In this document: piece by piece, positions 26,708-40,920 of the stretch
How the letters are laid out: every line of letters starts with the position of its first letter
Numbering within the stretch: the first letter of the stretch is position 1
Assembly: GCA_951406725.2 (NCBI GenBank)
Contig: OX597823.1
Location: 46,314,001-46,378,000 of the forward strand
Length of the DNA stretch: 64,000 nucleotides
Origin: Octopus vulgaris
Taxonomy: Eukaryota
Reading direction: 5' to 3'
Translations under genes and position numbers: made by a program
The notes under the pieces: generated by a model
Databases searched by the model: none
What the model was told of the DNA's origin: nothing
The model's input: the letters and a program-made list of their open reading frames with translations, nothing else

Positions 26708-27038
26708 AGGCGCATGGCTCACTAGTTAGAGCGTCGAGCTTACGATCGTGAGGTTGTGAGTTCGAATCCCAGACCGGGCTGCCTTTGTGTTCTTGAGCAA
26801 GACACTTTATTTCACGCTGCTCCAGTTCACTCAGCTGTAGAAATGAGTGGCGATGTCACAGGTGCCAAGCTGTATCTGATGTTGCCTTTCCCTTGGATAA
26901 CACTGGTGGCGTGGAGAGGGGAGGCCAGTATGCATGGGCGACTGGTGGTCTTCCATAAAAACAACCTTGCCCGGACTTGTACCTGGGAGGATTAATTTCT
27001 AAGTGCAATCCCACAGTCAGTCATGAGCGAAGGGGGTT
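26708..27038 (+). mobile_element. tRNA-derived SINE family C
   Basis: GGCGCATGGCTCACTAGTTAGAGCG..GAGTTCGAATCCC head, then CORE-like cttgagcaagacacttt..ctccagttcactcagctg. Confidence 0.85.
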
Positions 27039-27042
27039 TCAA

Positions 27043-27762
<720 letters not shown>

Positions 27763-27989
27763 CGCGAGTTTCTTTATTTCATGAAATTTGCCATAAAGGC
27801 AGTAGAGAGATCGGACGAACAAGGAGAGGCAAACACAAAGGATGAAGAAGCTGCTTATTAGTTAAAAATTAATGTTCGTATGAATGATATGATCACAGGT
27901 GTAATTAGAAAATTTATTTACATAAATATTGTTGCAAAAAGCAACAATTTGCCTCGGAAGGAAAGGAATCCAGCCATCTGGGAAGAACC

Positions 27990-30360
27990 TTTTCTTTCTA
28001 CCACCGACTCCTCTTAACTGGTTCCGGTCACTCTCAACTTGCTTACTACAAGCTTCCATCTTTTTACAAATGTACTCAGCGACAGGCACCTTTTCTCCAG
28101 CCTGATCTTACTTATGAGGTGGTACCTAAAAACAGTTTACTATCCCTTGGCCGGATACTAAGGTACCTGTCACTATCCCTCTTACATGACTACTACGCAG
28201 AAAACAACAAGCCTTTCTTTCCCTGTTAAGGGAGGGAGGCGGCACAATCTCGATGATAGACTCAGCTGTACTCTTCCCATCGATGACAACAGTTGTTCTG
28301 CGAAAACTATCATTTACTTCATTTCCAGACACTCCACAAATGCGTGCAACACGGTTTCCCTGTCCTGTTCACACCTCGAACATGTCGACGAGACGGCACG
28401 TCCGTGCCTTGACAGCTTGTCTCGAAAAGGTAACGCCGCACAGATGCATTGCTAAACCAGGGATTTCTGATAATTATCCAGATACCCCGGCCCGAACGTT
28501 CTCCTGAACAGGTTGATCAACTGATTTTCATCCTAGTCCAGGGTCTCCCCCAAGGTGTCTTCATACATACAGCTCACTAACCCGCTTTAAAAAATCCGCG
28601 ATGGTACTCCTGCTGCAGGCATTGCCCGCCTAAGAGAGTAGCTGAAGTGCCTGACGGCACTCCAATTGCTAGTCTCCCAGCCTAGATCTCTGCTTGATTC
28701 ATGCTCCTATGTCCGTTAAGGACGTTAAACGCAGAAGGTAGAACCGGACGTGCGGTGACCACTCCTGCTCCCCATCCAGGTAAAGCCAGAGGTGCTTCAA
28801 CCTTAACGCGAATTTTCGCATCTTCAGCCAATGCATCCCTAACCCACCCTTTTGCGATTTCTGGCAACAGACAGAACGCTTCACAAGCGGCTTTCCTCCC
28901 TTCCACAAAATGCGGAAAAGGATTCTCTCCAATTTTTCAGCCACAAATCAGAGCAAGGCATCACGGTCAGACGGTAAGTGATAACTGATGCTTTAAACAT
29001 CTGTAGCAAGGATAACGCCCACCCAGACCAGGTTTGTTTAGAGCAGTCAACTTTTTCTTTATCTGGAGGTCTGGCCCAAACCAGACTCCGAGCAGCTTAA
29101 CAGGACCTTCCGTCCAACGCCCAACGACGTTATTGGATGTCACCGTCTTGCCTCTCCAGGTGCCGTGTTGCAAACCGACCGACTTGTCCTGGTTAACCTT
29201 TGCTCCTGCCATCACCTCGTAACTCGTCATGATCCAGCACCCCGCTCCTCCCAAACAACTCGGCAAAATGCTGGTAAAAGGCCTCATACATCTCCTCCCG
29301 TCCTTCGACCGAACACCCACTGTCATTCACCAGAGACCTAATTGTGGCATCATTGCCACGCTGGGTTTCTACCTTATGGGTCCAGACAGCAACATTAATC
29401 CTCTCACAGCCCAATGCTCGCACTTTAGCCCGAACTCTGCACCCCACGTGTTTGGCTTTGAGGTGACAGTTCAAGGCAGTCCTCGTTGCCAAAATGTGGG
29501 ATGCAGAGCCCAACCTCAGTGCCTCATCTAAGTCCTTAAATAATTGCTCTTCTATTCTGGACTTATCGAGTTTTAGCTGATGGCTAAACCTAATTGACTC
29601 AAAATGAATGGCTTTCTTGTGGGCGAACCACCACCGGTTATTAACCACGGCTCCAGTTAACGCCCTCTGTACTAGTTCCTTAATCCAGCTACAGTATGCC
29701 TCGCAAGTCAAAATAGACTCGTTCAGCTTCCAGTAGCCAGATCCTCGCTTAACTGTGCTATGTTCAGCCTACACTTAATCATTCTATGGTCAGTGTAGGA
29801 CGCTTGAACAAGCTGTGGACAGCTAAATCTAGCCTTATCTCTAGTTCTTATCACTATCCTAAGAAAGTCTTGAGCCTTCCATCGTCACTAATCCAGATCA
29901 ACTTTGTGACGCTCGGATGGTCAAGCCTGTAACGGTCTGCTAGCTGAAAACGCTTAAGCGGTGTGAGTTTACTTTTCTACCAATTCGAGCCAACACTATC
30001 GATGCGTGCGTGAACGATAGCGTTAAAGTCTCCTAACACCACTAATGTCCTCAACGTCACGAGAAAATTATCCAGGTGCCGATAAAAATCAGTTTGTAAC
30101 CCTTTAGTACAGTGTGCATAGATCCGATCAACCTGAAGGCCTTACTGCTGTATGTCACATCAAGGATGACCAGCCCATCTTCAGGGTCCTCATAGATTGT
30201 ACTTGTCTGCAGAGCCAAGTCTTTGCGGATCAGTACCACTACATCCCCTCGTCCTCAGGTCTGGCCAGGAGATATGATTTTCTCATAGCCATTCAGAAGA
30301 GGAGAGAAGGTTTGTAGACTGTCGAACTTGGTCTCTGTAGCAACCATCACATGTATATCT
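27990..30360 (-). mobile_element. Decayed Tx1/L1-clade non-LTR retrotransposon ORF2 (APE endonuclease, RT C-terminus, CCHC zinc finger) with RT core deleted
   Basis: Minus-strand motifs: ETKFD, VVLIRK, VLGDFNA, YTDHR, GSGYWKLNESIL, AKVNQDKS, VKLLGVWFG, KGGLG, CSRCEQDRETVLHAFVEC. Confidence 0.88.
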
Positions 30361-30369
30361 GATGTGAGA

Positions 30370-30457
30370 TCACAAGAATGTGTCATGCAGTGGGACTGAA
30401 CCCGGAACCATATGGTTGGGAACCAAGCTTCTTATCACACGGCCACTACTGCGCCTA
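30370..30457 (-). mobile_element. SINE family B head fragment
   Basis: gcagtgggactgaacccggaaccat..gcttctta.cacac.gccact.ct.cgcc. Confidence 0.75.
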
Positions 30458-31892
30458 TTATTCATCACAGAAATTTGTATAGAAAATTCTTGAAAGCTAA
30501 ATTGTAATGTGGTTAAAGTCATTCCATTTGCTTTTACCCTCAATGTGAAAAAAGAACAAATCAATGCCATGCTTCACATTTTCTTTCTATTTAGAACATA
30601 CATACTGCGCAAAAGAAACAGATGGGTGTCCACTGTTAGCCAGCTTGTAATGAGAATGTAGGAAATACTGTTAATATCCACTGAGAAATCTTAAACATTA
30701 TTCAATGTATAAATACAGTATATTAATAAAGATATATTTCATGTTACATTATTATTCAGCGTGTAAATATCAAGAACGAAGTACTGGAATGATTTCAAAT
30801 AACTTTCACAGATGAACATTGAGCGAGAAATATAAAGGGGATTTCCTGTGAGATATTGAATATGTTATATAGTTTAACTCTTAATACTTTTCAACTACAC
30901 AAATGTGACTGCACATTTTATTTTGTATCATAGCTTACTTGAAAAAAAATTTAACAACACTCAGTACATATATCTAATAGTATCTGTACACTGGAGCAAT
31001 TTTCTCATATTTAAAGACACCGTTTAAATGGTATCTTTTCAAAAAAAAAAAGCATATAAAAAAGACAAATATATAACAAGTGATGATAGCAGCTGTAGTT
31101 ATAGGTGTCAATAAAAACTAGAATGTAGAAAAGGAAACGAACGTAATGCATAGACGTAAAGATGTCTCAGTAGAAAGCTAAAACCGGTAAAGCTATTTTT
31201 AACACGTGTGTGTGTGTATGTGTATGTGTATGTGTGTGTGTTTGTGTGTGTATGTGACGAAATAAATTAGTAATAAATCAAAGACGGCGAAGGGAAAAAT
31301 AGACGTGTAGTTAGGTAATGAAGCGAAGTGAGGTAGGCGGGAATTGAGGCAAATTACGAAAGAAATTAAGTAAGAGCAGCTTTAAATGAGAAATAGAAAA
31401 GTATGGCTAGAGAATGGGGGCAGGTGCAGCTGATAGCTATATCAGAAAAAGGATAATATGACCGAATGAAAAGGAGTTCAAATAGTTACAGGGAATATGG
31501 TTATATAGAGAAAAAAAAATATAGAAGTGAAGACTTTAGATGTTATAAAATAAGATTAGAATGAATCAATATTTACTGCTTCGGGATCCTATTGATGGTG
31601 GTAGACGTCAAATAAGTTGCCTATGTGTGTAGGAGGTGGGGAGGAGTATGTGCGTGTTTGTATGTTTGTGTGTGTCTGCGTGTTTGTATGTGTATGTGTG
31701 TGTGGCAGTGTTTGTAAATCAATTTTAGAACGTGAAAAACACGCAGTCATAAACAACACAGTCACGGTGACTTAAGCAAACATTTGAACACCTTTTTTTT
31801 TTTTTGAGATACAAAAGGATATTCTGAACAATAGGTGATGCGCGTGTGTGTAAGAATGCATGTATGTTTGTGTATCTATCTATATATCTATC

Positions 31893-31983
<91 letters not shown>

Positions 31984-32399
31984 TAAGCAACAGGATATCC
32001 TTGATATCCTGTTGTTTATTTTGGTTTTATTCACCTTACTTCGAGCTGTGCGGATAATACCGGACTGACTTGGTACTTCAACTTAAGTACCTAATTCAAC
32101 TGAATCTTAATTATTTTTTATTAGTATTAAATCCGAAATTAATCTTAATTTAATCTTAATTAAGGATACTGGACAACACCATTGTAAAATTGACGTAATG
32201 TGATCCGATAAAAATTATCATCCAGCTCTCTGTGAAGATTCCAAAAGAGCAGATATTTTTAAAAGGTCGTATCACATGACTTTAAAAGTAAAATTAACGA
32301 TATATCACGCTGCTGCATAATTTGTACTTCAACGACAAAAGGGGCAAAAGTTAAAAGGGAAAAGGAGGCAAATGACTATTAGTCTAGAAACAGTTTAAT

Positions 32400-33060
32400 C
32401 GTTCAAATTCTGACGGAAACCTTCTGAAATGTATCAAAGCATGTTAAGCAACGTGACTCTCAATGGATACGATGGCGAAAAACAAACTGTAGTCTTAGTA
32501 GGGGTTTCAATCATCATCGCCTCAACCAAGAAAAGCACGTCAGAGTCGCTGAAGTGTGAAAGTGATATTGAACGTTATTGGACGTGTATCAGTCATGATG
32601 AGTTTGTTCCACGTGGTCAGACGATTGATAATGTTTTACTTGAATGTTTTAAGAGTTTGGGAGAGACAGTGCAAAGAAAGTGTCTTGAAGCATTTGAAGC
32701 ACAGAAAAAAAGTATATATAGATAGATGGCGCCCCACGTAAACGCACGTACTCACGTGTCACTACTGCTTATCCGCAACTGTTTGAAAACTGCGAGATGA
32801 ATCTCATTCCCCTCCTCCTCCTCCTCTACAGTCGGAATTTTCCTCCTGTGGATATTTTCTTTCTCTCTTTTGAAATCCATCTTGAAAATATCTATTTCAG
32901 ACGATACAAGAGATCGAAGAAAATTCGCTGCGAGTAATTCGCATTATTCATCAAAAGAGGTTGCTTTCAAAGATCAAAAAGTAAAACAAACAAAAAAAAA
33001 AAGTATTGGCTGATGTATCAACGATTTGTAAGGGAGCAATTTCAAGGGGACAGTTTTGAT
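32400..33060 (+). pseudogene. Highly decayed mariner transposase fragment
   Basis: HDEFVPRGQTI..LECFKSLGETVQRK (cf. HEFVPxGQTVN..LxRLRExVRRK); degenerate HDNA and PPYSPDL-like segments downstream. Confidence 0.65.
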
Positions 33061-33224
33061 CAAATTATAAGAAAAGCAAAATATAACGAACTCCGTTTAA
33101 AATCAAAGGAACCATGCTCATTTATTTTTATTGTTGATGTTGCTATTGCTGCTGTCGTTGTTGTTGTTGTAGTTGTTGCTGCTACTGCTGTTGTTGTTGT
33201 TGTTGTTGTTGTTGCTGCTGCTGC

Positions 33225-33255
<31 letters not shown>

Positions 33256-33289
33256 AAGGAAGTGTATTTACGGAATGTTTAGAGCATCA

Positions 33290-33600
33290 GAGAACATACC
33301 TTCCGGAATTCTGACTCTTTACGTTCTGATATTCAAAATCCACTGAGTTTTAACTTTCCCTTTCCTTCATTTCGAGTTGATAAAATACAATACCCGTCAT
33401 GAACTGAAGTTGGTAATATCAGCTGGCCTCTTCCCCAAAATATGCTGGCCTTGTGCCAAAATTTGAAGAAATAATCATTTAGGCTGGCAATTTTGAAGAC
33501 TTGTTAAAGAGAGATCAAAATCTTTAAATCTTCAAATCTCATTGTTTCGAGGCCGATAAAAATAAGCTACCTGTCAAGTACTGGAGTCGATACAACAAAA
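33290..33600 (+). mobile_element. Degenerate SINE family A fragments
   Basis: tacgttctga..ttcaaa..tttcgagttgataaaat..gctggccttgtgccaaaatttgaa. Confidence 0.6.
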
Positions 33601-36322
33601 TGACCTCTCACCCTGTAATTTTCTTATTTTGTGACTATATAAATTCTAGAGACTAGAGGGTGGTAGGAGTTCGCTCCCCCTGCTAACAATGTACCGTATA
33701 TAAAGGAGTCGCACCGATAATCAGCTGGCGGAGAATCTGCCTGAGGATGAACTGGTTGCAACATTCGACAGCCATTTTTATGTAGCGACAGACTTTACTG
33801 TTTAGTATAGTTACTACTCTTTCTCTTCTTGAGACTTTACAACTAACACACACACACACGCACACAAACGCACACACACGCACACTCATATGTGTGTGTG
33901 TGTGTAGATACATACATATATATATATATGTACATATATATGTATATATGCATATATATGTTCGACGTCCTTTTGGTGTCCTGTACTCATATATGCGTGT
34001 ATATGTACATGTAGAGGTAGGTACGTACATATATGTTCATATATATGCATATGTTTTATTTTATTTATTAATATATATATATATATATATAAAGAGAGAG
34101 AGAGAGAGGGAGAGAGAGAGAGGGAGAGAGAGAGAGAGACTTATTGTTCCATTCATCTAATTGTAGAAACGTACACACACGTGAGACCCAAAAGTCATTA
34201 AAAATAAGCCTAAACACTTCACGAACCTTTTCTTTTTCCTCTGCCTTTTCCTTTTCCTTTCATTTCCGTTTTTTTTCCTATTAATATTCCTCTAAATCAT
34301 TCTGACGTTGTTTCCATTTCTTAAATGGAACGAGATAAATGCAAATTTACTTCGATTTGATAAACGGAAACAGCTATAAATGGTTAGGAACTACAATTAA
34401 ACTAATACCGTTTAATACCAATGATGAACTTCCCATTGTTATTTATTGCCCCATTTCTTTTCTTTTTTATATATACTAAACCACGGTTTTAACTTTAAAT
34501 TACCAACTACTGTAAACCTTTTAGCTAGGACTCTACATAGTGATGTAATGTACCAGTAGTGCCTACAGATTCATTTACCCCTTAGATGGTTGTATAACCT
34601 CTAACTCATAATTTTTGTGTATATATATATATATATATATATTATTTAGAAAACTTTTCTTTGATTTCCTATCTTTATCTGTGTATATATATTTTTTTTC
34701 TATGCCGTTTAATTCGGTTTTGGTAGTGCTATAAAAAAATAGACTTGAAGGAGGCCCATGTTTCTTTGTAAATACGGTGGCTACTGCATATATAATTTCG
34801 TTTAGCGTAGTGTATTGAAGATTGGGTCTGTTTTTATCAACTTAGTCTTGAACAGCGCCAACAGCAGCGATAATAACAACTAAATTAACTGAAACAGGCT
34901 TCACTTCCAGCTGCAAAAGAACCGAAAGAAAAAATACAAACAACAACAGCAACCCGTCCAAGAACTGTGACGACAATTTAACAACGTAACGTACAACAAT
35001 AATAATATCAACAACATCGCCTGTAGTTCAACTACGTGAGGGGCCAAATTTCGCAACACACAGCTACGACAGTCGTCAGATTGATTGTCAGCCGTAACAA
35101 AACTGTCAAAAGAAGTTAGAGAAAAGTCATTATTGAGACTACTTTGTTCGCTACTATGCTGAACCCACGGAAATATTGGGACAGTTACGAATGCTGACAG
35201 TCACAAACATTGACAATCCTTTCTGGTGATTTCAGATTCCTTAAGGTTGACCTCCTTCATTTGCCCTGGAAAATATTTACACTCTTGATAGTCAGTTTCT
35301 CCGCAACGTTTCATTGAGTGTCAAGTTGGTTTATTTCTCTCTCTTCTAGGGCGGCAGTGTTGATACACCTACAAATATACGAGACCGCATCAAAAAGATG
35401 ATATCCACCTTATCATCATAAATTTACGGACCAATACACCCAATCCCTGATCCATTAACGCGTTATGTTCTCTCACCGTCTTTTTTCAGCGGACACCGAG
35501 GCCTTTTGCTTTTCCGAGCTGGCGTCTTCTCAAGCTTCGTTTACCCAGGCCCTCCAACTAAGACATCTCTTCTTTGCATTATTCACATTGCATCGCCTCT
35601 TGGGACCCTTTCTCCTCACTATAGCCCATTTTTCTTGACTGTCTCTTCCAGTCCATTGTTTTCTTGCGTTTATCAAAAACGAAAAAAAACTCAACCACAG
35701 ATATCTCACTAAAGTGTCAGTGCGAATGCCAATAGCGCAGCACCTTACTTCTCATGAAAACCTTAAATAAATACAATCAAAACAATAATTTCTTGTAATA
35801 TTCCTTCATAGCCAATCATAAACATATTTTATTTAACTTTCAGTGAGTATCTAGACACATCATTTATTTATATCATCGGTATTACGTTTCCTTCCATGTT
35901 GTATGATTCTATGTAGAAATTCGTTCGTATGTATGTATCCAACTTTCTCTTGTAGACCAAATACAGTTAATGTTGATTTTTGTTTTAACAACTACGTGTT
36001 TTCTTTTCCTGTTTCTTGTTTATTTAAAGGAAAATGTTCTATTTCTTCTAGAATGGCTTCTGTTGTTTTGGCACGGTTCATATTTCTGCTGCAAAGTATC
36101 CGTATTATTCTCTGGAGCTTTTCTATCAACTTGACATTTGTGTGTTTTAATGAAGTGTAAGCACTCTGATCCACCACTTATATGCACTGTTAAACGTCTG
36201 CTTCACTCATAAAATAACATTCACTAGACTTTTAAACATTTATAACATATTTACAAAAGACACATATAATCATGTACATCCGTTTCTGTGTGTATGTGCA
36301 TTTATATGTCTGTGCGTGCACA

Positions 36323-36398
<76 letters not shown>

Positions 36399-36925
36399 TG
36401 TATGTATGTATGTATGTATAATTGCTTTGAGAAGATCGTTACATTCACTATTCGTATAGTCCTGTCTTTCGCAAAATTTCAGACATGTCTGTCGCACTTC
36501 TGTGATACGATCAATGACACAATTGCTCCGAATCTATTGAAAATCAGATTCTTGCAAAGTTTTGTAGGCCATTGTTTTTCTCCCTTCTTTTGTTATCGTT
36601 AGTTTGTTTCTTTTCTCTTCTTCCTCTTTTAGCATTTACTACTTTCAGTCGTTGTACTGGGGCTCCGTCTGTGAAACGTTTTAGTCAAACAGATCGATGC
36701 TCAATACATATCTTTTAAAGTCTCTATCAGTATTTTTCACCAAACTGGTAATCTACAGGGATATAAACAAAACAACACCGGTTAACAAGCTGAATGGTGG
36801 ACGAACTCAGTCAAAATCACATAAACACCTATATACACACAACCGTGGAAAATTATCAGAACAGTCATTTCTATTCATTTTTTCAAATATATAATACTGT
36901 GCCTGGGATTTTCTTTTTCTTATTC

Positions 36926-36980
<55 letters not shown>

Positions 36981-36988
<8 letters not shown>

Positions 36989-37124
36989 GGGTTCAGCTAA
37001 TTGCTTCACCGCATACCGAATTTAGAAATAGGAGTTAAAATTCCTTTTCTGCTACTATAATGAATTCTAACTCCTATTTCTAAATTCGGTATGTGGTGAA
37101 GCAATTAGCTGAACCCTAATTATA
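36981..37124. repeat. Long near-perfect inverted repeat (~63-bp arms) at the edge of (TA)n
   Basis: tataattagggttcagctaattgcttcaccgcataccgaatttagaaataggagtta and its reverse complement at 37062-37124. Confidence 0.92.
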
Positions 37125-37369
37125 ATTATGTGGATAATTTTACCCATAAAGGTTATTTTAACGTACCGATCTAATTGGTAAAATTATTAATTAATTGATT
37201 AATAAATTAATTTAATTAATAAATTTTACCCTTCTATGATTAATTATATATATATACACACACATATATATATATAGTGTAATAAATAAAATATATGCAT
37301 ACATACAAACATATATGTACGTACCTACATCTACATGCATATATACATGCATATATAAATATATATACG

Positions 37370-37640
37370 TGTGTACAGGACACCACAAATAGACGTAGAA
37401 CTCAACGAGAAACGAAAACATAAAAGCAGCATGGAACGGACCATTTTTTTAACAACGAAAAAACAGAGTACAAGAAAACTACACAAGGAAAAATCCCCTT
37501 CATCAGCTGCCCCTAGTTCAACTCCAGCGTGTTTCGAAGGTGAGGACAGAACACGTCTCGTCGAACTAGTCCTTCCTGCGAAAGAATTAAATAAAATTCC
37601 TTTGCAGAGGGGTAAAAACAAGGGAAAAAAATATAAAAAA
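37370..37640. mobile_element. (TA)n-embedded repeat family beginning gtacaggac; related copies at ~8640-8850, ~33960-34070 (reverse complement) and ~37895-37970
   Basis: Shared gtacaggac(a)..aaac..gaaa..gaaaac start and shared flanking gtacgtacctac.tctacatg with 34005-34030. Confidence 0.6.
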
Positions 37641-37673
37641 TATATATATATATATGTGTGTGTGTATATATAC

Positions 37674-37769
<96 letters not shown>

Positions 37770-37798
37770 GTATATATATATATGTATGTATATATATT

Positions 37799-37895
<97 letters not shown>

Positions 37896-38799
37896 GTACA
37901 GGACGTTGCAAAGCGTAAACAACTTGAAACATGAAATATGAAATACGAAAACAACATGAAATACGAAGACATTCTCTCCCTTCCTTTCTCGAATTCTTTT
38001 TCGCCCCTTCACCGTTCTCTCTCTCTCTTTCCATCTTTCTCCTTTACTCTCTCTCTTTCCCTCTTTCTCGTTTACTTTCTCTCTCTCGTTGCTCACACGT
38101 GACCATCGTCCATCTTTCTTTTCCTCGGGTGTTCATCTTTCTTTTCTTTCAGTCTGAATTATAGACCAGATTATTCTTATCTGTCTCTTCTATCTTTTCT
38201 CTTGTCAAAGTCAATATTCCATTCCTCCAGCATTCGCTACCTTACTTCGTCTGGCCTGAAGGCCCTCCATGTTTGTTTTTGTTTGGTTTGTTGTATGTCT
38301 CCACTGTCCTGTTGTTGAGTATTACCTGAAACACACTATGATAAAACGACTACCGAAATCGATTCCTTCGATTAAAAATTCTTCAAGGCCGTGCTCCCAG
38401 CATGGCCGCAGTCTAACGACTGAGACATGTAAAAGATGGTACATAAAAGATTTGCGAAATATTCTACTATAAGTTTTAAAGACTACAAAAAATTTAACTT
38501 AAAACGTAAAAAAATTAACTCATTTTCATTTTATTTTAATGTTAGTTTTACACTGTGTTGACTTTGTCTTCGTAATCATCGTCATCTTCATCACTTTTAC
38601 TTTCCTGTTGCATGCAAATCAATGTTTGGTTCGTCTCTGGCTTATGATATGACGCAATTAGTTCACTTACATTGTCAACTTTATAAGTTAAGCAGCTTAC
38701 TGTGTAAAAATTGCAAAAGTAACCTGCAAACTGCAAAACTTCGATATTAAATGCGAGCGTAACTTTCTACAGAAATCTTGCAATGGCGTTTCTGTAATT

Positions 38800-39250
38800 C
38801 CTTACCAAGAAACCCCAATATCATTGACAGCATTCCAGAAGTATCTTTTCCAGAACTCTTTTACCTTACGAAAAATATCCTATAATAAATTTTACGACGT
38901 CCATGAGAATTGCCTAAAACACGCTATGATAAAATATTCCTGGTACAGCATTCTTCAACGCTAGTTATAATAGTAACATTAGCTAATATAAGACATAACT
39001 GCCGTAAGCCAAGACTAGTGTTATTCCTTCATAATTTCCTTTGAAAGCTAAAAGATTTTTAAAATGTGAGTGAAGTATAACATTTAGTCTAAAGTTACCC
39101 GCTGCATTGCCATCAACAAGTATTATTAATCTGTTCTCATATGCGCTATATCCAGGTGCAATTATATTTAAAATCATAAATAGGTTGTTTCAGGAATTTT
39201 CTGCCAAAATCGCGCTCCCGCATTAACATTTATAAAATCTGCTGTACTAA
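38800..39250 (-). pseudogene. pogo/Tigger-type DDE transposase remnant
   Basis: APGYSAYENRLIILVDGNAAGNFRL..HFKNLLAFKG resembles the Tigger motif PGFKAxKDRLTLLLGxNAAGDFKLKP..ENPRALK. Confidence 0.72.
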
Positions 39251-39547
39251 ATAAAGCCCTACGCCAGCATTATATATATATATATATATAAATGTATTTG
39301 TGTGTATATCACATCATATATACATACACACGTCCAGACCTCCCATACGCACTACATACTCTCTCATACACACACACACTCTTATGTTGTGGCGAGGTCA
39401 TTTGACCCTGTTATCTCCCCTAATTTCGCTCTTGCGTCTCACGTTTGATCTTTGACTTCTGGCCGAAATCAGATCGCCATGTTGATTCGCTAGCCTCTGC
39501 ACGCATTTTTTTCTCTCCTTGTTTCTCTCCGTGTTTCTTTTCTGTGT

Positions 39548-39587
39548 GTCTTTCTGTTGAAGTGCGTAGGCTCGAAACGTAAAAGAT
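39548..39587 (+). ncRNA. Putative minimal hammerhead ribozyme, A6U core variant
   Basis: GUCUUU CUGUUGA A GUGC GUAG GCUC GAAA CG UA/AAAGAU; 6-bp stem I; palindromic ACGU; about 100 bp upstream of (TA)n. Confidence 0.58.
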
Positions 39588-39682
39588 TTGTTTTATTTAT
39601 ATTCCTGAGCGCCATACTAATACCATTGTTTGTTTGTATTCCACCTGCCTTCGTCTTTTGTTTATTTTCATAAAGCTTCCCG

Positions 39683-39739
<57 letters not shown>

Positions 39740-39763
39740 CACACACACACACACATATATATG

Positions 39764-39845
<82 letters not shown>

Positions 39846-40661
39846 GAGAAAGAGAGAGAGAAAGAAAGAAACAGAGACAGACAGACAAACAGACAGACGG
39901 TTTGGCACAGAAAGAAAGACAGGAGTCAACACCGTATATACTATTACTCGAGCATTTTATGATATCGTTCCTCTTCATAAGTCAACACCATTTCAATAAA
40001 ATATATAGGAATATTCGAATGTTTACGGTATGAAAATTGAATGGAGGGTTGGCAATTCAAAGGACCCGGACGTATGGACGATGCTCTGTGCACCGTATGT
40101 AAGCTACTGTTCTTATTTAGCTTCAAGTCAGATCTATTAAGTTTAATTTAGAGATCGAACACTGAACCACATTGTTCACAGCATGTTGTATTTCAAGAGA
40201 GCCAGGTGTGATTTAAGAGAGATCTGGCTGTTATTTTTAACAGATCGAACACAAGGATTCTGTCGCTAGTTCAGTATATATCTGTGTGGTCGGAGAAGAA
40301 ATCAAGGTTGATGCGTTCCTTAAGGAGTAAAACTACCGTTGGTTCTGCATGAATGCTTTCGTGTGTATGAGAGTCTGCTTGAACGTGCATTTGTGTGCAC
40401 GTGTGCACGTGTGCACGTGTGCATGTGTTTAGTATTTTTTTTTTGTCTCTTTCATCCAAATTTAGGATGATACATCCACAAGGTTTCACTTAATAAATAC
40501 TTGCATTTAACTTCTTATTCTGCTTAACATGTGTACTGATATTGATAGATTTTGTTGACGTACGTATAAACATATCCATCCATATTATATTGTCATGTAG
40601 ACATGCATGGAGATGGGCATACACGCAAACACAAGCACAAACACACACACAGATATATACA

Positions 40662-40920
40662 TACATATATATATAAATACATGCATACATACATATACAT
40701 ATATATAAATACATGCATACATACATATACATATATATAAATACATGCATACATACATATACATATATATAAATACATGCATACATACATATACATATAT
40801 AAATACATGCATACATACATATACATATATATAAATACATGCATACATACATATACATATACATATAAATACATGCATACATACATATACATGTACATAT
40901 ATATAAATACATGCATACAT
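40662..40920. repeat. ~30-32-bp minisatellite (atatataaatacatgcatacatacatatac), about 8 copies
   Basis: Direct. Confidence 0.9.

Noticed and set aside
26708-26780. tRNA genes at SINE heads (also 15393, 50068, 52960-53033, 55784)
   Set aside because: Each continues into a SINE body or microsatellite, has imperfect cloverleaf stems and lacks a poly-T terminator.
35900-36230. Possible DNA-transposase relic on minus (KWWIR..VKLIEKLQR..)
   Set aside because: Only vague resemblance with multiple stops; cannot assign a family without a search.
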